Shown: positions 11,509 to 24,295 of the stretch, piece after piece
Position numbering within the stretch: position 1 is the stretch's first letter
Layout of the letters: each line of letters starts with the position of its first letter
Assembly: GCA_905178155.1 (NCBI GenBank)
Contig: CAJINV010000001.1
Coordinates: 10,596,311-10,660,310 of the forward strand
Source: Amoebophrya sp. A120
Taxonomy: Eukaryota; Protista; Dinoflagellata
DNA: 64,000 nt
Direction of reading: 5' to 3'
The notes under the pieces: generated by a model
Told to the model about the DNA's origin: nothing
What the model saw: the letters and a program-made list of their open reading frames with translations, nothing else
Databases searched by the model: none
Translations under genes and position numbers: made by a program

Positions 11509-12182
11509 TGAGTTTCGCGATTTTGCTTATCAATTTTGACGTTTGCGTTTCCAATCACTTGCATTTTCAGAACGAGTTATCATCCAAGTTTAATACCCGC
11601 GTCGGTGACCTACAGGGCACCGGATCATATCTGCACTGATTCACTACTGCAGTGGTCAGCTGGGAATAATGCGTGCACAGAACGCCATAGACATCCAGAT
11701 TGGGACGCGTTCGTTATGTATCTTTTGTGAGCGCTACGGAGCGAAATCGGTCTTCTGGGTTGGGTGTTTTTTCCTATTCTACTCGCGGGCACAATTTGCG
11801 AAGCAACCTCCTGGGCATTTGTGGCAGATCGCCAACTCCCCTTTTTTTGTTTTTGTGCAATAGGCGGCCTGGACGGTTCCTTCGAGTGAGCAAAATTCTG
11901 GAGAGTCTCGATTCTATTGCTTTCGAGCACGAGAGAGTCTCGACCGGCAAGTGAATACTGCTACTTGGTGGATGCTGCGACCGAAAGTGCATGTATCTTC
12001 AGGCCACAACAAGGAGGGCACCATACTCATAGAGTATAGAAGACGCACCGTCTCAAAACGAAACATAACCGAGATATAATCTGCAAAAATATGCTTTGCG
12101 TTGGCACCAGCTGAAGATCCGGGCGAAAAATTTTTGATTACAAGGAGAGTCTTCCTCTCTGAATCACCCTCTCTTCCTTACT

Positions 12183-15100
12183 ATGGAAGTCGAATCCGAT
12201 GATCGGGTCGAGTACCAGCCGGCCACCGCGCCGCCGCCAACTCGGACCGTGGCCTCCCGCCCAATGTCGGCGCACCAGCCCTACAACCAACGCCGGCAGG
12301 GACCACAAAAGCAAAACCACGCGGACCGGCCCATTTCCGCGAAACCGAACCTGCAGGAGAACAAGGCCTCCGCGTCCTCTGCTCAGATCCTGGATGGCTC
12401 ATCTTCGTCCCCGAACCGATACAGGACCAGTCCGGACAGAAATTATTTCGCGGCAGGTGCTGGTTCCGGTGTCGGCGCTTATCAGCAGCAAGTACCAATG
12501 CCGACGAACATGGCAAAACCGCTTTTCTCCTACAACACCGCCGCGTCGTCCTCAACTGCCCGCGGAATGATGACTCACCAGCAACAGCAAGTGCAAGAGA
12601 TGAGAAAAACTTCTCGTACCTACGGGTCCGGTAGCGCAGCCGCGGCGCAGCACGCGCAGCGAGTGAACGGCTCGTTCGCGGACCACCTTCAGGCTGTGTC
12701 GATGAAGGAGCCGGAAGCGCCCCTCGCACCATCGGTGTCTTCGCAAAGAACGAGGCCTGGGGTAGGGAGTCAAAAGCAAAGCAATGAAAAGGGAAGGAGC
12801 GTAAGTGGTCGAGAACCCACAGGCAAGGAAACGATTCCGCAGTCCAATACAGCCGGTCCTCGTGGCAAGCAGCACCAGCAGCCGAACTTCCGGCAGGTGG
12901 AGCAGAATCTTTCGAGCCCGAATAAGCAGTTTTTCTTCTCTCCCGACACCTTCCCCTCGGTCAGAACAGGCGGACACGTGCAACCGGCGCGCCGGGAACC
13001 GGATCCGACGACGAGCAACCTGATTTTCTATCACGACGAACCGGAGGACGACGTGTTTTTCGATCCGGCGATGGAGCCGCAGGAGCCCGATCCCGGTCGC
13101 GCAGCGAAGAAATCCAGTAAAACTTTCCGCTACAAGTTTGGTCCAGCCTCGACCGTGTACGGGAAGGACCGAACGCTGAACTACACAACGCACTTGACCG
13201 ACATCGCGCACTACCGGCCCTACTCTGCGCAGCCGGTGGTCGAGGCCAAGCCGGTTTCCCGGCCGGTCAGCGCGTCCGGGTACGAAGACGGAGGCATGGA
13301 CGTGTTTATGGAGGAAGAGCCCGCGCCGCACGGCCACTTCGCGCACCGCCTGGACCCGGACCGCCCACGCGCCCAGTCAGAAGACGCGTATGGCTCCGGC
13401 GGTGCAGTACCGGGTTCCCTGCAAGTAAGAATGCAAGCAGACCGCGCGTATTCCGATTTGCCGCCGGAAACGAACGTGTTCCTTGAGCCCGCCGGGATAG
13501 CCGCGAAAGCGGTAAAGGAACCGAACGAAACGGGCGTCCAGATGGTCCGGCCGCCGAGCGCAATGGCTACTGCTGTAGCTGCTCCGGCGAAACCCGATGC
13601 AGCGAAACCACCGAAGCCGGCGAGCAAGCAGCGCCAGATTGTGTTTTCGGACAAAACCGCGAGTAGCTCGGCATCCAACGCTGCGCAGCCACCATCCAAC
13701 GCCGCTGCGTCTTCAGGCTACGGGTTAGGGAGCCAGCGGGTGGGCATCCAGGACATCTTGGCGCAGCCGGAAGTGCAGCAGAACGTGCCCCAGGTGCGGA
13801 AACCGCCGGTCGGCAAGTTTGATAAGGCTCCCCCGGGCGGGGACCCGCAGAACCCCTCGGTGCTTGCCATCCGACCCAGCAGCGCACGACCGCCACCGCC
13901 AAACCCCAAGATGGAGATCAAGTTGCCTCCCACGCCGTTCCACCAAGCGGTATTGAGTTTTCCCTGGATTACTGATATGGATATTGCATAAACAAGAACT
14001 GTCGAGGAAGAGGAGGAGCACTCCGACGCACATAAAACGCAAAAAGTGACTGAATTTCATACTCAGGCGAAGCAACTGGGCCCTCAGTGGACGAAGCTGA
14101 GCCGGCTTTATTCCGCACCTCCTAAACGTCCACCACCAGCCTTGGATCCAGGCGCACCGCTGGAGCGCGTCATCCCAGAGCCGGAATTCGAAACGCGCAT
14201 GCCTGTGAACAAACGTACTGAAACTGTTATGGGTAAAATCATTCTATGGTGATTGCATTGGAAGAAGGGTCGGCTCATGTGAATCGTCGTGTGCAAGTGC
14301 ACTTGCACAGAGCAAAGCGCCCACTTAGTACTTATGAAGAGAACAAAAGAGAATCATGAACCACGACAGGTAAACTCGTGGAGCTGCAACAAGCGGCACT
14401 AGCCGGGGACCGCAGGCTTGTCAAAGCCTACTGTATCACAAACAAAAAGTATCTCCACTGCACAGACGATGACGGCTTCACGCCACTGTATTTTTTGCTG
14501 CGATAATATTTTCATCCGAGATGATGTAGTTGACGTAGTTGTTCCGAGAGCAAATTGTTCATCCCTCAAAAAACCTTCTCAGCATCCTCTGTCACGCAAA
14601 TACAGGCACTACGCGGCCATCGGTGGAAGCGGCGAGTGTTTTATCAAATGTAAAAATGTCTGGGTCTGGAAGGGTTGGAACTTGTGATGCAAACTCTGGA
14701 ACACACAAAAAATTGTGTTGCATGACCGCCAAAAGCTGTCCATTTCTTGGCACGCAAGTAGGAAGTTTCTCATGCGGGACAGGCATCATGAGGCGTGCTC
14801 AACACCTGTGAAGCTTTTGCCTGCATCAGACGCCATTTGCGTGATCCGAAATATGCATGACAAATCTCGCAATCTTCCAGACCCAGACATTTTTACATTT
14901 GATATGTTTCCGGCAGATGCTGTACGCGGGGGCGGACCCCGAGCACTTCGGCCGGGGTCGGTGGACGGCCGCGCACGCCGCGGCGGCGAACGAGCAGACG
15001 CACGTGTTGCAGGTGATCAAGGAAGAGTGTCCGGAAATGTTTTCCTTCACGGACGACAAGGGGTGGACACCGCTCGAGTGGCTCCGGGTGGTGGTGGCAA

Positions 15101-15291
15101 AGACTTCCAAGGGTCCGACCGTTGGGAAAACCCAGTCTGCGCGGAACCGCAAGTCCTTGCTGCAGCCGGAGGTGCGGGAGGTCTCCAGATTCCACCACCC
15201 GCTCGCGCATCGGGACGAAAAAATCATGATGAGCAGAAGTGCACGGCAGGGGAAGAGCGCAAGGCCAGGGATTGGCGAGTGGCAGAGATAA
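12183..15291 (+). CDS. Low-complexity protein with C-terminal ankyrin repeats
   Basis: Exons 12183-13949, 14067-14248, 14606-14641, 14910-15291; two GT-AG introns and one TIR intron. Spliced: LWHYAAIGGSGECFRQMLYAGADPE..GRWTAAHAAAANEQ..DDKGWTPL. Confidence 0.8.
14642..14904. mobile_element. Introner-like TIR element (perfect 31-bp TIR, 5-bp direct repeat TGTTT)
   Basis: TATCAAATGTAAAAATGTCTGGGTCTGGAAG (14642-14672) is the exact reverse complement of 14874-14904. TGTTT at 14637-14641 and 14905-14909. Removing 268 nt restores an ankyrin repeat. Confidence 0.96.
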
Positions 15292-15690
15292 ATGCATCTC
15301 TTGTTCCATGATGGCGTTTAACTGATGTACTGAAACGTCCATGATGTTCTTCGCTGCACATTCGTGCAGTGCTGACTCTGACATTCTCCGCGCACGCAGC
15401 GTGCGATTACTTAGAAACACACACATAAGCATCCCCAAACAATGACTTTGTGCAGGGGTTTCGTCCCTCCAACTGCCATGGTGGTTACATGCAGCAGCCC
15501 TGATGTTCCACCAACATAGTGGATTCATATTATGCGAACGTCTTCTTCTTTGCATTCGATTTTCGACCGTGATTCGTCTGTGGCATTCTGAAACTGTGTA
15601 AGTAGAGTGCTCGCACATGATTAGAGTGCCTGTTCACGATCAAAATCCAAAACCGACGGCTGATGCTCGTTTTATCGTCATGTGCTACCG

Positions 15691-18600
15691 ATGGGCCGAG
15701 ATGAAGAGACAAGCTCGATCCACACAACGATCGGTGTAAGATCAGATGAGGATGTGGGTACTTCTAGGAGCCTCTCTGCGATCGTTGCAGCTCTTTCGGC
15801 GTTAGTGCGACACAGCAAACGCAGTCGCGCACAGTTGACACACAGTGTGCTTTGTGGACTTCTCTTGGAACACCACGAGAAGTGCTGGAAGAACGCAGAT
15901 GAATTTCTTCTCGGCTCTGGCCATGGCCAAGAGCCTGCAGCGTCCTTCTGGGAACGGGACGCGGAGGACGAGACCGATGATAAAAAAGTACACGTATCGA
16001 CGTTTGCCAAATCCTCGTCGACAAGCTCAACCAATGTCCTCCGCAAGACCGCACCAGAAGCCTTCTCCTTCGAGCGAATACACGGATACAAAAAAGGAAA
16101 CTTTGCAAATCTTCGCGCCTGGCTACTCGAAGACGCGAGCCTCGAAGCGCGACCACATGAAGATCATGTGCGGGCGAAAGACGACCGCGGGGCGGCAGCG
16201 GGGGCCGTGAGCCAGAGGAGTGAAAAAAGAATTGACCCTCCTCGAGTCGTCACGTTTAGCTACGGTCTTGTTCTCCAGGACCTTGCACCAAGGGAGTTTC
16301 AAGTGAAGTATCGCGGAGAGCAGTATGTGCAGTTGGCGGAAACCAATTTCTTCACGCGGATCGCCGCGGACTTGCAAACCGCGTTTGGCTCCTTTGCCCT
16401 CGAAGATGTTGACAGTACTAGTATCACGAATCCGCCAGCGTTTGTCAACATTTTGGATTTTGCCGCGCCGATCGCCGTGAAGAGGCAGCAGCTGGCCTCG
16501 GGAGTCCCAATCGCCACTTCAGACGACATCTACCAATGCTCGCTGTTCCAGGAACTCATTACGCAGATCTTGGCGCCGCGCGGCCGCGCAGATGGTTTTT
16601 CGGTGAAGATTATCGACGCGCAACTTGACCCCGAGGCCGTGCGTGCCGTCTTTGCCCAGCTGGTCGAGCTGCAGGAGCGATTCGGACAACGAAGACTACG
16701 TTCTGATGGTAGTGCGAACGCGTCTGCGCCTTCTGCTCCGTTCGTTCACTCCTGTCCGGCGTTGCTGGGTGCAGTGCTCGGATTGCTGCTTCCCCACATC
16801 GAGCAAGCGCTTCTACATAACGTAGATCCAGATGAGGTGCAGAATCTTCATGTCGCTGAATTCGACAACTCTTCTGGGGCTGACGGAAATAAACTTAAAC
16901 TCCAGAACGAGGTGCTGCAAAAAGTCTTGTCGGATCACCTTCGCCAAACCCTCGAGATTGAAAGGCAAGCCGTTTTGAGACTGAAAGTCGTTCAGTCCGT
17001 AGGGAAGCAGCTGTTTCCGCAAGCCTTTGCAACAACACGAGACGGGTTCGAACTCACACCGAAAAAGCAGCGCACCCGTCGAGAGGCTGAAGATGCTTAC
17101 GAGTTCGAGAAGGAGCAGCAAAGTCTGGACATCTACAATTTTGACTTCGCGGGCGAAGTAGAAAAGAACGCAACGACAAGTGACGCTCTAGCATTTTTCA
17201 CAACACTTCGCGGCCATGTTTCACGCGAGCTGCTTGCAGTTCGTCGGGGGTTTGTCTTCCCAAGGTTGTCCTTGATCTTCAAAACGCTTGCGTTGTTGGC
17301 GATTCTTGCAAATAATCGTGAGCACAGCAGAAGTGCCAATGTGCAAGACCACGACGCCCAAGCCGACATTCCTCGGCCTAGAACGGAACGGGGAGCAACC
17401 CACAGTCATGCCTGCTTGGACGACTTGCTTGCTGCAGAAGTTTCAACATCCTCTGAGAGTGCAGCAACGTGCATCGAGGACATAGTGGCAACAGAGAGCA
17501 GTCAGCAGCTGCGAGCGCTTGCTGTACCATCGACGACCCGAACGTCCAATAGTAATTGCCTCCTCCACGCACTGCAGGCTCGGAACGTGAGTGAATCCCT
17601 CGCCCGGGATGCAGACATCGTTCGCGCTGGATTCTTTTCGGACCTACCCTGCTTGCTAGTCCCAGAAAATCATTTGGAGCACACGCACACCGAAACCGAC
17701 AATTTGGCCGCAAAGCTGATCCGCAACAAGCAAGCAACTTTCGGCCTGCACTATTTCGTCGAGCACTTGACGCAGCACCACTTTGTCGATTCCGACCGCC
17801 TGGCGGCGAAAGCTATGCACCAGGTGGAGTTTGTCAATGAGAATTTTGACTTCAACGTCAAAGGATCGGCGGGCGTCAAATCCTCCACCGCATTTCTGAA
17901 TGAGCAGGCGGTGTGGAACACGAAAACCGAGTCGCAGCGGCTCCACGTTTTCCTTCCGCGCTACGTGCATCTTCTGGATATCACCCACACGCCATCTGCA
18001 CATCTGGCAGTGTATGTCGACGAGACGGGCGACAAGAAAGCTGGCGCTATCAAGAACTCTGATTCACCATCATCTCACAAGACGCTTGCTTTGAAACACT
18101 ACGTGGCGAAGGGCGCTGTGTCAGCGCCTGACTTCTTCGACAGTCTCGCTCGAGCGACAACCCCGGATACAAAATACAACAAACGGCATTCATCGAGAAC
18201 AAATTCGTCGTCACAGACCATGCAAACAACCGCACCGGCAGTGACAAAAAGTATCCGCATACCGAAACGGCTGCTTCAGATTGGTCCGATCAAGGAGTCG
18301 ATGCGAGTCACTTACCCGACTAGACGACACCTCCCCGCTGATTGGGAATTTCGGAGCTTTGGCGACGAGGACTGCGAGAATTTCATGCGAGCGAACCCGA
18401 TCGACGGCTTCCCCCGGGCTATCGAGTACTTCCGGAAGAAATTCATCCGTGGCGCGCACCGAGGCGATTTTTGTGTCCTCTTTGTCCTGTACCAGCTCGG
18501 CGGAGTAAGCATTGACAGTGATGTTTTGCTCTTCCACAACATCGAATCCCTGGTCGCCGACGCGGATTTCGTCGGCATCGACCGGTTCGAAAAGATCGAC

Positions 18601-18873
18601 TACGGGATTTTAGGCGTACGGCCGAAAGACATCGCGATCCGCAAGACGCTGCAGGACATGTACATGATATCGCGCGACTTCTTCACCGACCTGGACTTCC
18701 ACTACCTTGCGCCCTGCTCCATGCTGTATCACTACGTGCAGCGCTACTACCTGGCCCCCCAGTGGGGAGGACGAGGAGTTACAAGGTTCGCGCCGGGAAA
18801 TAATACTGCGGAAGATGACAAGGAGCAAACTTTTCGTGTTGTGTTGCACAAGGCGGAGGAAGTGTACGCCTGA
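15691..18873 (+). CDS. Large protein with a C-terminal GT32-like (DXD) glycosyltransferase domain
   Basis: 3.2-kb ORF. IPKRLLQ, DWEFRSFGDEDCENF and GAHRGDF..LFVLYQLGGVSIDSD match the OCH1/Gly_transf_sug pattern. The N-terminal ~850 aa are not recognised and the start is uncertain. Confidence 0.75.
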   Translation: MGRDEETSSIHTTIGVRSDEDVGTSRSLSAIVAALSALVRHSKRSRAQLTHSVLCGLLLEHHEKCWKNADEFLLGSGHGQEPAASFWERDAEDETDDKKVHVSTFAKSSSTSSTNVLRKTAPEAFSFERIHGYKKGNFANLRAWLLEDASLEARPHEDHVRAKDDRGAAAGAVSQRSEKRIDPPRVVTFSYGLVLQDLAPREFQVKYRGEQYVQLAETNFFTRIAADLQTAFGSFALEDVDSTSITNPPAFVNILDFAAPIAVKRQQLASGVPIATSDDIYQCSLFQELITQILAPRGRADGFSVKIIDAQLDPEAVRAVFAQLVELQERFGQRRLRSDGSANASAPSAPFVHSCPALLGAVLGLLLPHIEQALLHNVDPDEVQNLHVAEFDNSSGADGNKLKLQNEVLQKVLSDHLRQTLEIERQAVLRLKVVQSVGKQLFPQAFATTRDGFELTPKKQRTRREAEDAYEFEKEQQSLDIYNFDFAGEVEKNATTSDALAFFTTLRGHVSRELLAVRRGFVFPRLSLIFKTLALLAILANNREHSRSANVQDHDAQADIPRPRTERGATHSHACLDDLLAAEVSTSSESAATCIEDIVATESSQQLRALAVPSTTRTSNSNCLLHALQARNVSESLARDADIVRAGFFSDLPCLLVPENHLEHTHTETDNLAAKLIRNKQATFGLHYFVEHLTQHHFVDSDRLAAKAMHQVEFVNENFDFNVKGSAGVKSSTAFLNEQAVWNTKTESQRLHVFLPRYVHLLDITHTPSAHLAVYVDETGDKKAGAIKNSDSPSSHKTLALKHYVAKGAVSAPDFFDSLARATTPDTKYNKRHSSRTNSSSQTMQTTAPAVTKSIRIPKRLLQIGPIKESMRVTYPTRRHLPADWEFRSFGDEDCENFMRANPIDGFPRAIEYFRKKFIRGAHRGDFCVLFVLYQLGGVSIDSDVLLFHNIESLVADADFVGIDRFEKIDYGILGVRPKDIAIRKTLQDMYMISRDFFTDLDFHYLAPCSMLYHYVQRYYLAPQWGGRGVTRFAPGNNTAEDDKEQTFRVVLHKAEEVYA

Positions 18874-19443
18874 TAGGAGCACTCGCTGCCAAAGAGCAAT
18901 TTTTGAGAACTAATGATCTCGTCGCTCGGCGTGAAAAACGCTTGTTCTTTATTCATTGATTGTATGTGCCTTGTGGTATTCCGCCAAAAAATCCTCGTTG
19001 TTCCCCTTTGATGTCGCGTATGCCTTAGAGGTTCATCGACTATGCTCCGGCATTCGCTTTGTCGAGAGAGTTACAACACACGGCTTCTGAACAACCTCTA
19101 ACTATCTTGTTGTCAAATCGAAGATCGCTCGGTGTGCAGCAGCAATGACGTTTCCGTCCTCGTTGTTCGGCCTGAGTTTTCGTCTTGTCATCGTAGGCAC
19201 CTGTTTAGATTTTCATTTTCGGTGATTGGCGAACTTTTTACAACATTATTTCACTTCTGTGTTAAAGTCAAAGAGAAGAGGTGAAGCTCAAAATCGCGCT
19301 ATGCGTAACTATCAAAACTTGACTGCGCTGCCACGATGATGTCCAAAACGACGCCGCTCACCCGCTCTCTCGTACGCTAGCACCGCCTCAGCCGCTGCAA
19401 AAATTGTCGGCGTTCACGCATTAGAAGCCATCTGCGACGCGAG

Positions 19444-22400
19444 ATGGAGTACCCCTCCCCGCACACGAACTTCTTCCCCCTGACGCTTCCGTCTCCGACG
19501 CTGACCTTCGATCATGGAGGACGGCAGCAAAGTCAACAGCAGCTCGTGGCGTCTAATTCCGAAACCGCGGAGGCGCTGCGAGTGGCCGAAGAGAAGATCC
19601 AGGAGATGGATAGGCAGTAAGAAGACGTGTTGTTTTAAATCTCATCTTGCACCTCACATGATAATGATTCGGAACGGAAAATTCAGATGAAACGTGCGAC
19701 TTTCTTGATAGATCGTCCTTGAAGATCTTCTTCATTGCGTCAAAAAATCCCTTCCTAGGTTCGCCCAGCAAGTTCAGTTGGAAATGGAGAGGTACCGTGT
19801 AGAGCAGGTGGAACCGCAAATCGAACGCCTTCATTACGTCATCCGTGGGCTGGAGGAAGTTGCGCGGCAACGCGACGGAGAACTGACGGAAGCGCGTGAG
19901 ATGGTGCAGGAGCTGGAGATGCGCAACAGCGTTTGCATGAACGAGCTGCAGCAGGCGCGGACCCCGGGCTCTGCTACATTCGACGAGGGACTGCTGCAAG
20001 AACGTGGGTTCTCAGAGAACCTTGTTCCCGCCCGCAGGTCGAGTTCGTTTTCCGTAAACTACGGCGGAGGAGGAGGTGGAGGAAGAAGCAACAGCAGCCG
20101 AAATTACAACCATAACGACCAGACGAGAAGCAGATCCGGTAGCAGCGGAACGCGGCGCAGTCGCACCTGGTCCAATTCGCGCCCGAATCGATCGGACTGC
20201 TTCAACGGGCAGGACACGATTTTCGTCGATGACATTGCACTCGACGAACTGCAACAGCACCAGCACTTGACAGAACATCTTCACCCGAAGAAGAGACTTC
20301 ACGCCGCCACCGCATGGCGAAGCAGACTGATGAAACGCTGCTGCTTTTACCATTGGAAAACGTTCGGTCGTAAGGCACGCACTTCATTCCGCCTGCTAGC
20401 CCACGCTGCCGTCCGGTACAGCTGGCAGGTTTTCCGGGCGAGAGGGATCATGGTAGACAACTACAATGGCAAGAACACTTTTTACGATTATCAGCCCGAT
20501 TCATCCGGATTATACAACAACTATGATCCGCGGACGCAGTCTTTTCCAAACTACCCTGCAAAAACGCCGAATTCCTGCACGACTGCAACTTCCGCTGACA
20601 ACTACACGTTGTACGAAAACGTACCCCAGTATCCGCTCGACGTGGAGGATGCGGGTGGCAGCGTCGGGGGGTACAACCACGAGAGGTTTTCCCGCTTTGC
20701 GATTTCGCAGCACAGCAACTTCACCACTGTCCCCCGGGCGGACATCGCGCTGTTGCACGCGCTCTGTCTCTGCTTCTACAACAAATACATCCGGTCGAAA
20801 GCGCTGCAAGCCTGGAAAGCGGGGGTCCTGCAGGGACGGGAGAAAAAGCGACACAACGCCTTTCAGCTGGACCTCGCTGCGCAGACCGAACATGCACGGG
20901 CGCAGAACCGCCGCGTAAGGTCGCACAACCGTAAAACTGCGATGACCTTCGCGAACGTCCGCGATTTTCTGCAGTTGAAAAACGTGTTTTGCGCTTGGAC
21001 TCGCATCACGTACGAAATGAAAGACGTGGTGGCGCGGCAGCACGAATTTTTGGACGACATGCGCGAGCGTTTGGAGGAGCAAGCGTTGTTGCGTAATGCG
21101 GTAAAAGGATGGTTTGCAGTTCCGTCCAAGAGAAAGCAGAGGTCGCAGCGAGCTACGGTGTGTGGAAAACTGTTGGAAAACGTCTCGAAGCGATTCGTCT
21201 TGACTGCCTGGGGAAAGCAGGCGGAGAAAGAAAAAGCTGCTCGTGCCGGGAGCGCAATCCGGAGGAGAGCGGTGTCTTTTTTGGCGAAGAAGGCGAACAC
21301 ACAACTTTTGCGCACAGCACTCGGGCAATGGCAAGACGAGGTGAATGAACAGGCGAGCCAGCGGCTGAACCGATTGAATCATGAGATGAAAGCCGAATCG
21401 GCGAAAGCAGCCTACATCGATCTATTGCGGAAGAAATTACAGGCGGAAAAGAAAGCAGCGCTTCGCACTTGGAGCTCGCTCTCCATGTCGCTGAACGCTC
21501 GACGTGCGTTTGTCCTCCCAAGAGCAGAACGACATTGCGCCGCGACAGCGTTTGCTGTTTGGCGAGCCACCGCTGCTCCCCCGCTTCGTTCCCGGAAGTT
21601 GGGGTTTACGCGAACCGTTTTCGATTCCTGGCGCCAGTACTGTTTGCGGACCTCTGTGGCCTCGAATTCCATCGAAATTGGCAGCAAAGTTCAGAAAAGA
21701 GCCTTCCTCCACGACCTGTTCGCTTCGTGGCAGAAGAGCGCAGCTGAAGGATTGTCGTCTTCTCGCATCTGCAACGCCACCGCCGCGCCATTCTCGGCCT
21801 GCAGAACCCATCCAAGGCTTCTCCCACAAGCAATTTTTGCGAATTGGGTCACGGCGGCCCAGAAAACGAGAGCGGACAGGATTCAAGCCAGGCTGGACCT
21901 TCTACGGGCGAAGTACATAACGGATCGCGCGAGGCAAAAAACCTTGCAAATTGCCTTCGCCTTGTGGCGAACAGCAAAGTGCGAGACGACGAAGGAAAGG
22001 AAGCAGTACACGGATGAAAAGCAGCAAACCAACTTCGACCGAATGCTGCAAAGGGATCGACACCTTCGTCAGCAGTACTTGCGTGTTTGCACGACCCGCG
22101 AAATCGAGGAGCTGCAACGATTCTTCTTCCAGTTTTGGGCGGCAATTACCAGGCAGGAAGCCCGATTCAATGCACGGGATGCAGAAGACCGCAGACTGGT
22201 GAGCACTTTCTCGTTGGCGAAACTCCAAGCACAGCGCCCGTTTCTCCGCCTTCTGCACGACGACATTTTTCACTTGAACACGCAGCTGGTGTTCTACGGA
22301 TGGAAAACGCAAGTCGCGGGCGCAAGGAAGGTTCTGGACTTCGATCCGCCGAAGAACTCTGTTGTTCAACAGGCCGTTTGTGGAGATCAACAGCAGGACA

Positions 22401-23638
22401 AGGAGAACAAAGTCGCTGCAATTGATAACAAGGACCTGTTACGGCAAAGCAATGAATCACCAAGCAAAAAGGCTCTCTCCTCGCTCGCGAACAGAAGTCC
22501 GGAGACGAAGTTTCTGAATCGCCCACTGCAGGAACTAGAAACGAGCTCAGGTATTAGCTCCCCCGCAAGAGGAGCTGCGAGAATTTCCTCGAAGTTGCTG
22601 AAGTTCGGTCCGAAAAGTCCGAACATCTCGGCGATTGGCTTCCCGCCCGCGATGCAGAATCATCACCAGATCAACGTGGACTGGAGCGCGTCCATCGTCC
22701 ATCCGGAAGTAGAGATGACGCAGCTGATGCAACTCCAGAAGAAGCAAACAAGTTTGTTCGTGACCACATGCGAGTCGGTGTACCAGAAGGTCGCAGATCG
22801 GGACTTGCTACTTTTGCTGTTCAAGACCTGGGTAGCGTACGCAGAGAAGAAAAAACGCACGAAGGCCCACACGGGGCAACTGCGCGAGCTGCGAGAAACA
22901 ACACTGAATCTCGTTGCCGACATCCTCCAACGAGACTCCGCAAAAAAGCGACAGAAAACCGCTTTCGAAGCGTTTCGCCTAATACGGAACAATCGGGGTT
23001 CTTTGGTTGTACGAGAAAGACCCGACGGTGGTCCTCGTCCATTGGTGCAGCAGCAGAAGGAGCAAAATAATCCACAAGCCGCCACCTCCGCTATGGAGGG
23101 TTCTTCGCAGCTAGTAGCCGCGCCAAAAGCATCAAAACCTGCAGAATCGCCAGAACAGCAAGCCGTTGAGCTTTTCCCTGCGGAAATAGAGCAACCACAA
23201 GTGCCGTCTCCCATAGAAGAACTAGAGTACAACACGACCCCAATCGAAGCAGACAATCAGCGATATGATCCGCGTGTGGAACCAAGCTTCTCTGTTCGCA
23301 TCGACAACCTGAAAAGCACAGCGTCTCCCGCCTCCTATACTACCGCAAACCGAGCGACGACGAAGCGCCGCCACTCGACCGCTGGCATCAGGACGAAAAC
23401 CAATTACACACAGCAACCTCAACAACCTCGGCGATCGACCATTCTGGCACCAACCCCAACCGCGTATCTGGAAGAGCCAGCGCGCAGCTCGAGTATGATC
23501 GACGCCGCGACGAAGGACACCTACATCCGCGTGTTGAATTCCTCGCGCACAACGCGTTCCAGGCTGTCCACACGGGCACAACAAGACCAAAACTTCTCTT
23601 TGCAGGCATTGAATGTCGGTTTTCAGCCGTTCACGTAA
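19444..23638 (+). CDS. Coiled-coil protein with Sfi1-like (centrin-binding) F/LxxW repeats
   Basis: Exon 1 from ATG 19444, probable GC-AG intron at about 19614-19758, then a 3.9-kb ORF. More than 10 helical motifs ending in (F/L)xxW(K/R/Q), e.g. RTVFDSWRQ, DLFASWQK, IAFALWR, LVFYGWK. Confidence 0.6.
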
Positions 23639-24295
23639 AGAAGACAGAATCAAATGCCGCACTGGAAGAGGAGGAGGTCATCGAAACTGTATTGATGAAG
23701 GTCTAGTGTGGTATGTGAATAAAAACCAAAACTATCAAATAGAAGATGGTGGTCGAACCACAGTCTGACATGTCGTTCCGAGTTAATTATGGCGCTCTGT
23801 TTTCCTCGTCCTCCACGCTACCAAAACAAACTGAATCAATGCGCTGTGTCGCCCTTGTTTCAAACGTCGCGTGTTCTTCCTCAACTATTTTTTGTCGTCC
23901 TAAGAGAGAGAGGTACTTCCTGGGGGTTTTGTCTTCTACGTCTCAGTCATGTAACTTTTTTGAAATCAAATGTCAATGTCTGCTAAGGCTCCTGTCTTGC
24001 GAGGTCCGAGATCGGTCAGACATCCATTGTTTGCCCTGATGCTTTCTGACATTTCAAGTTTCTTCCTGGGGTCCAACTTTTTTCGTTTCTTGTGGGATGT
24101 AAAGCCTGGCTGAAAATAAACTGGGAAGCACTTTCAAAATTTTCGCATTAAACTTTGCGGAAAAGAACAGTTGAACCGACAGCGCGCAGTGAAATCTAAA
24201 GATAAAAGGTACGCAACATATACCAGTAAATTTCGGCAGGAAATATGTCTTTCGAGCGTGCGACCAGTAGCCGCGCCCCGCGAGCAAGTTCCATC

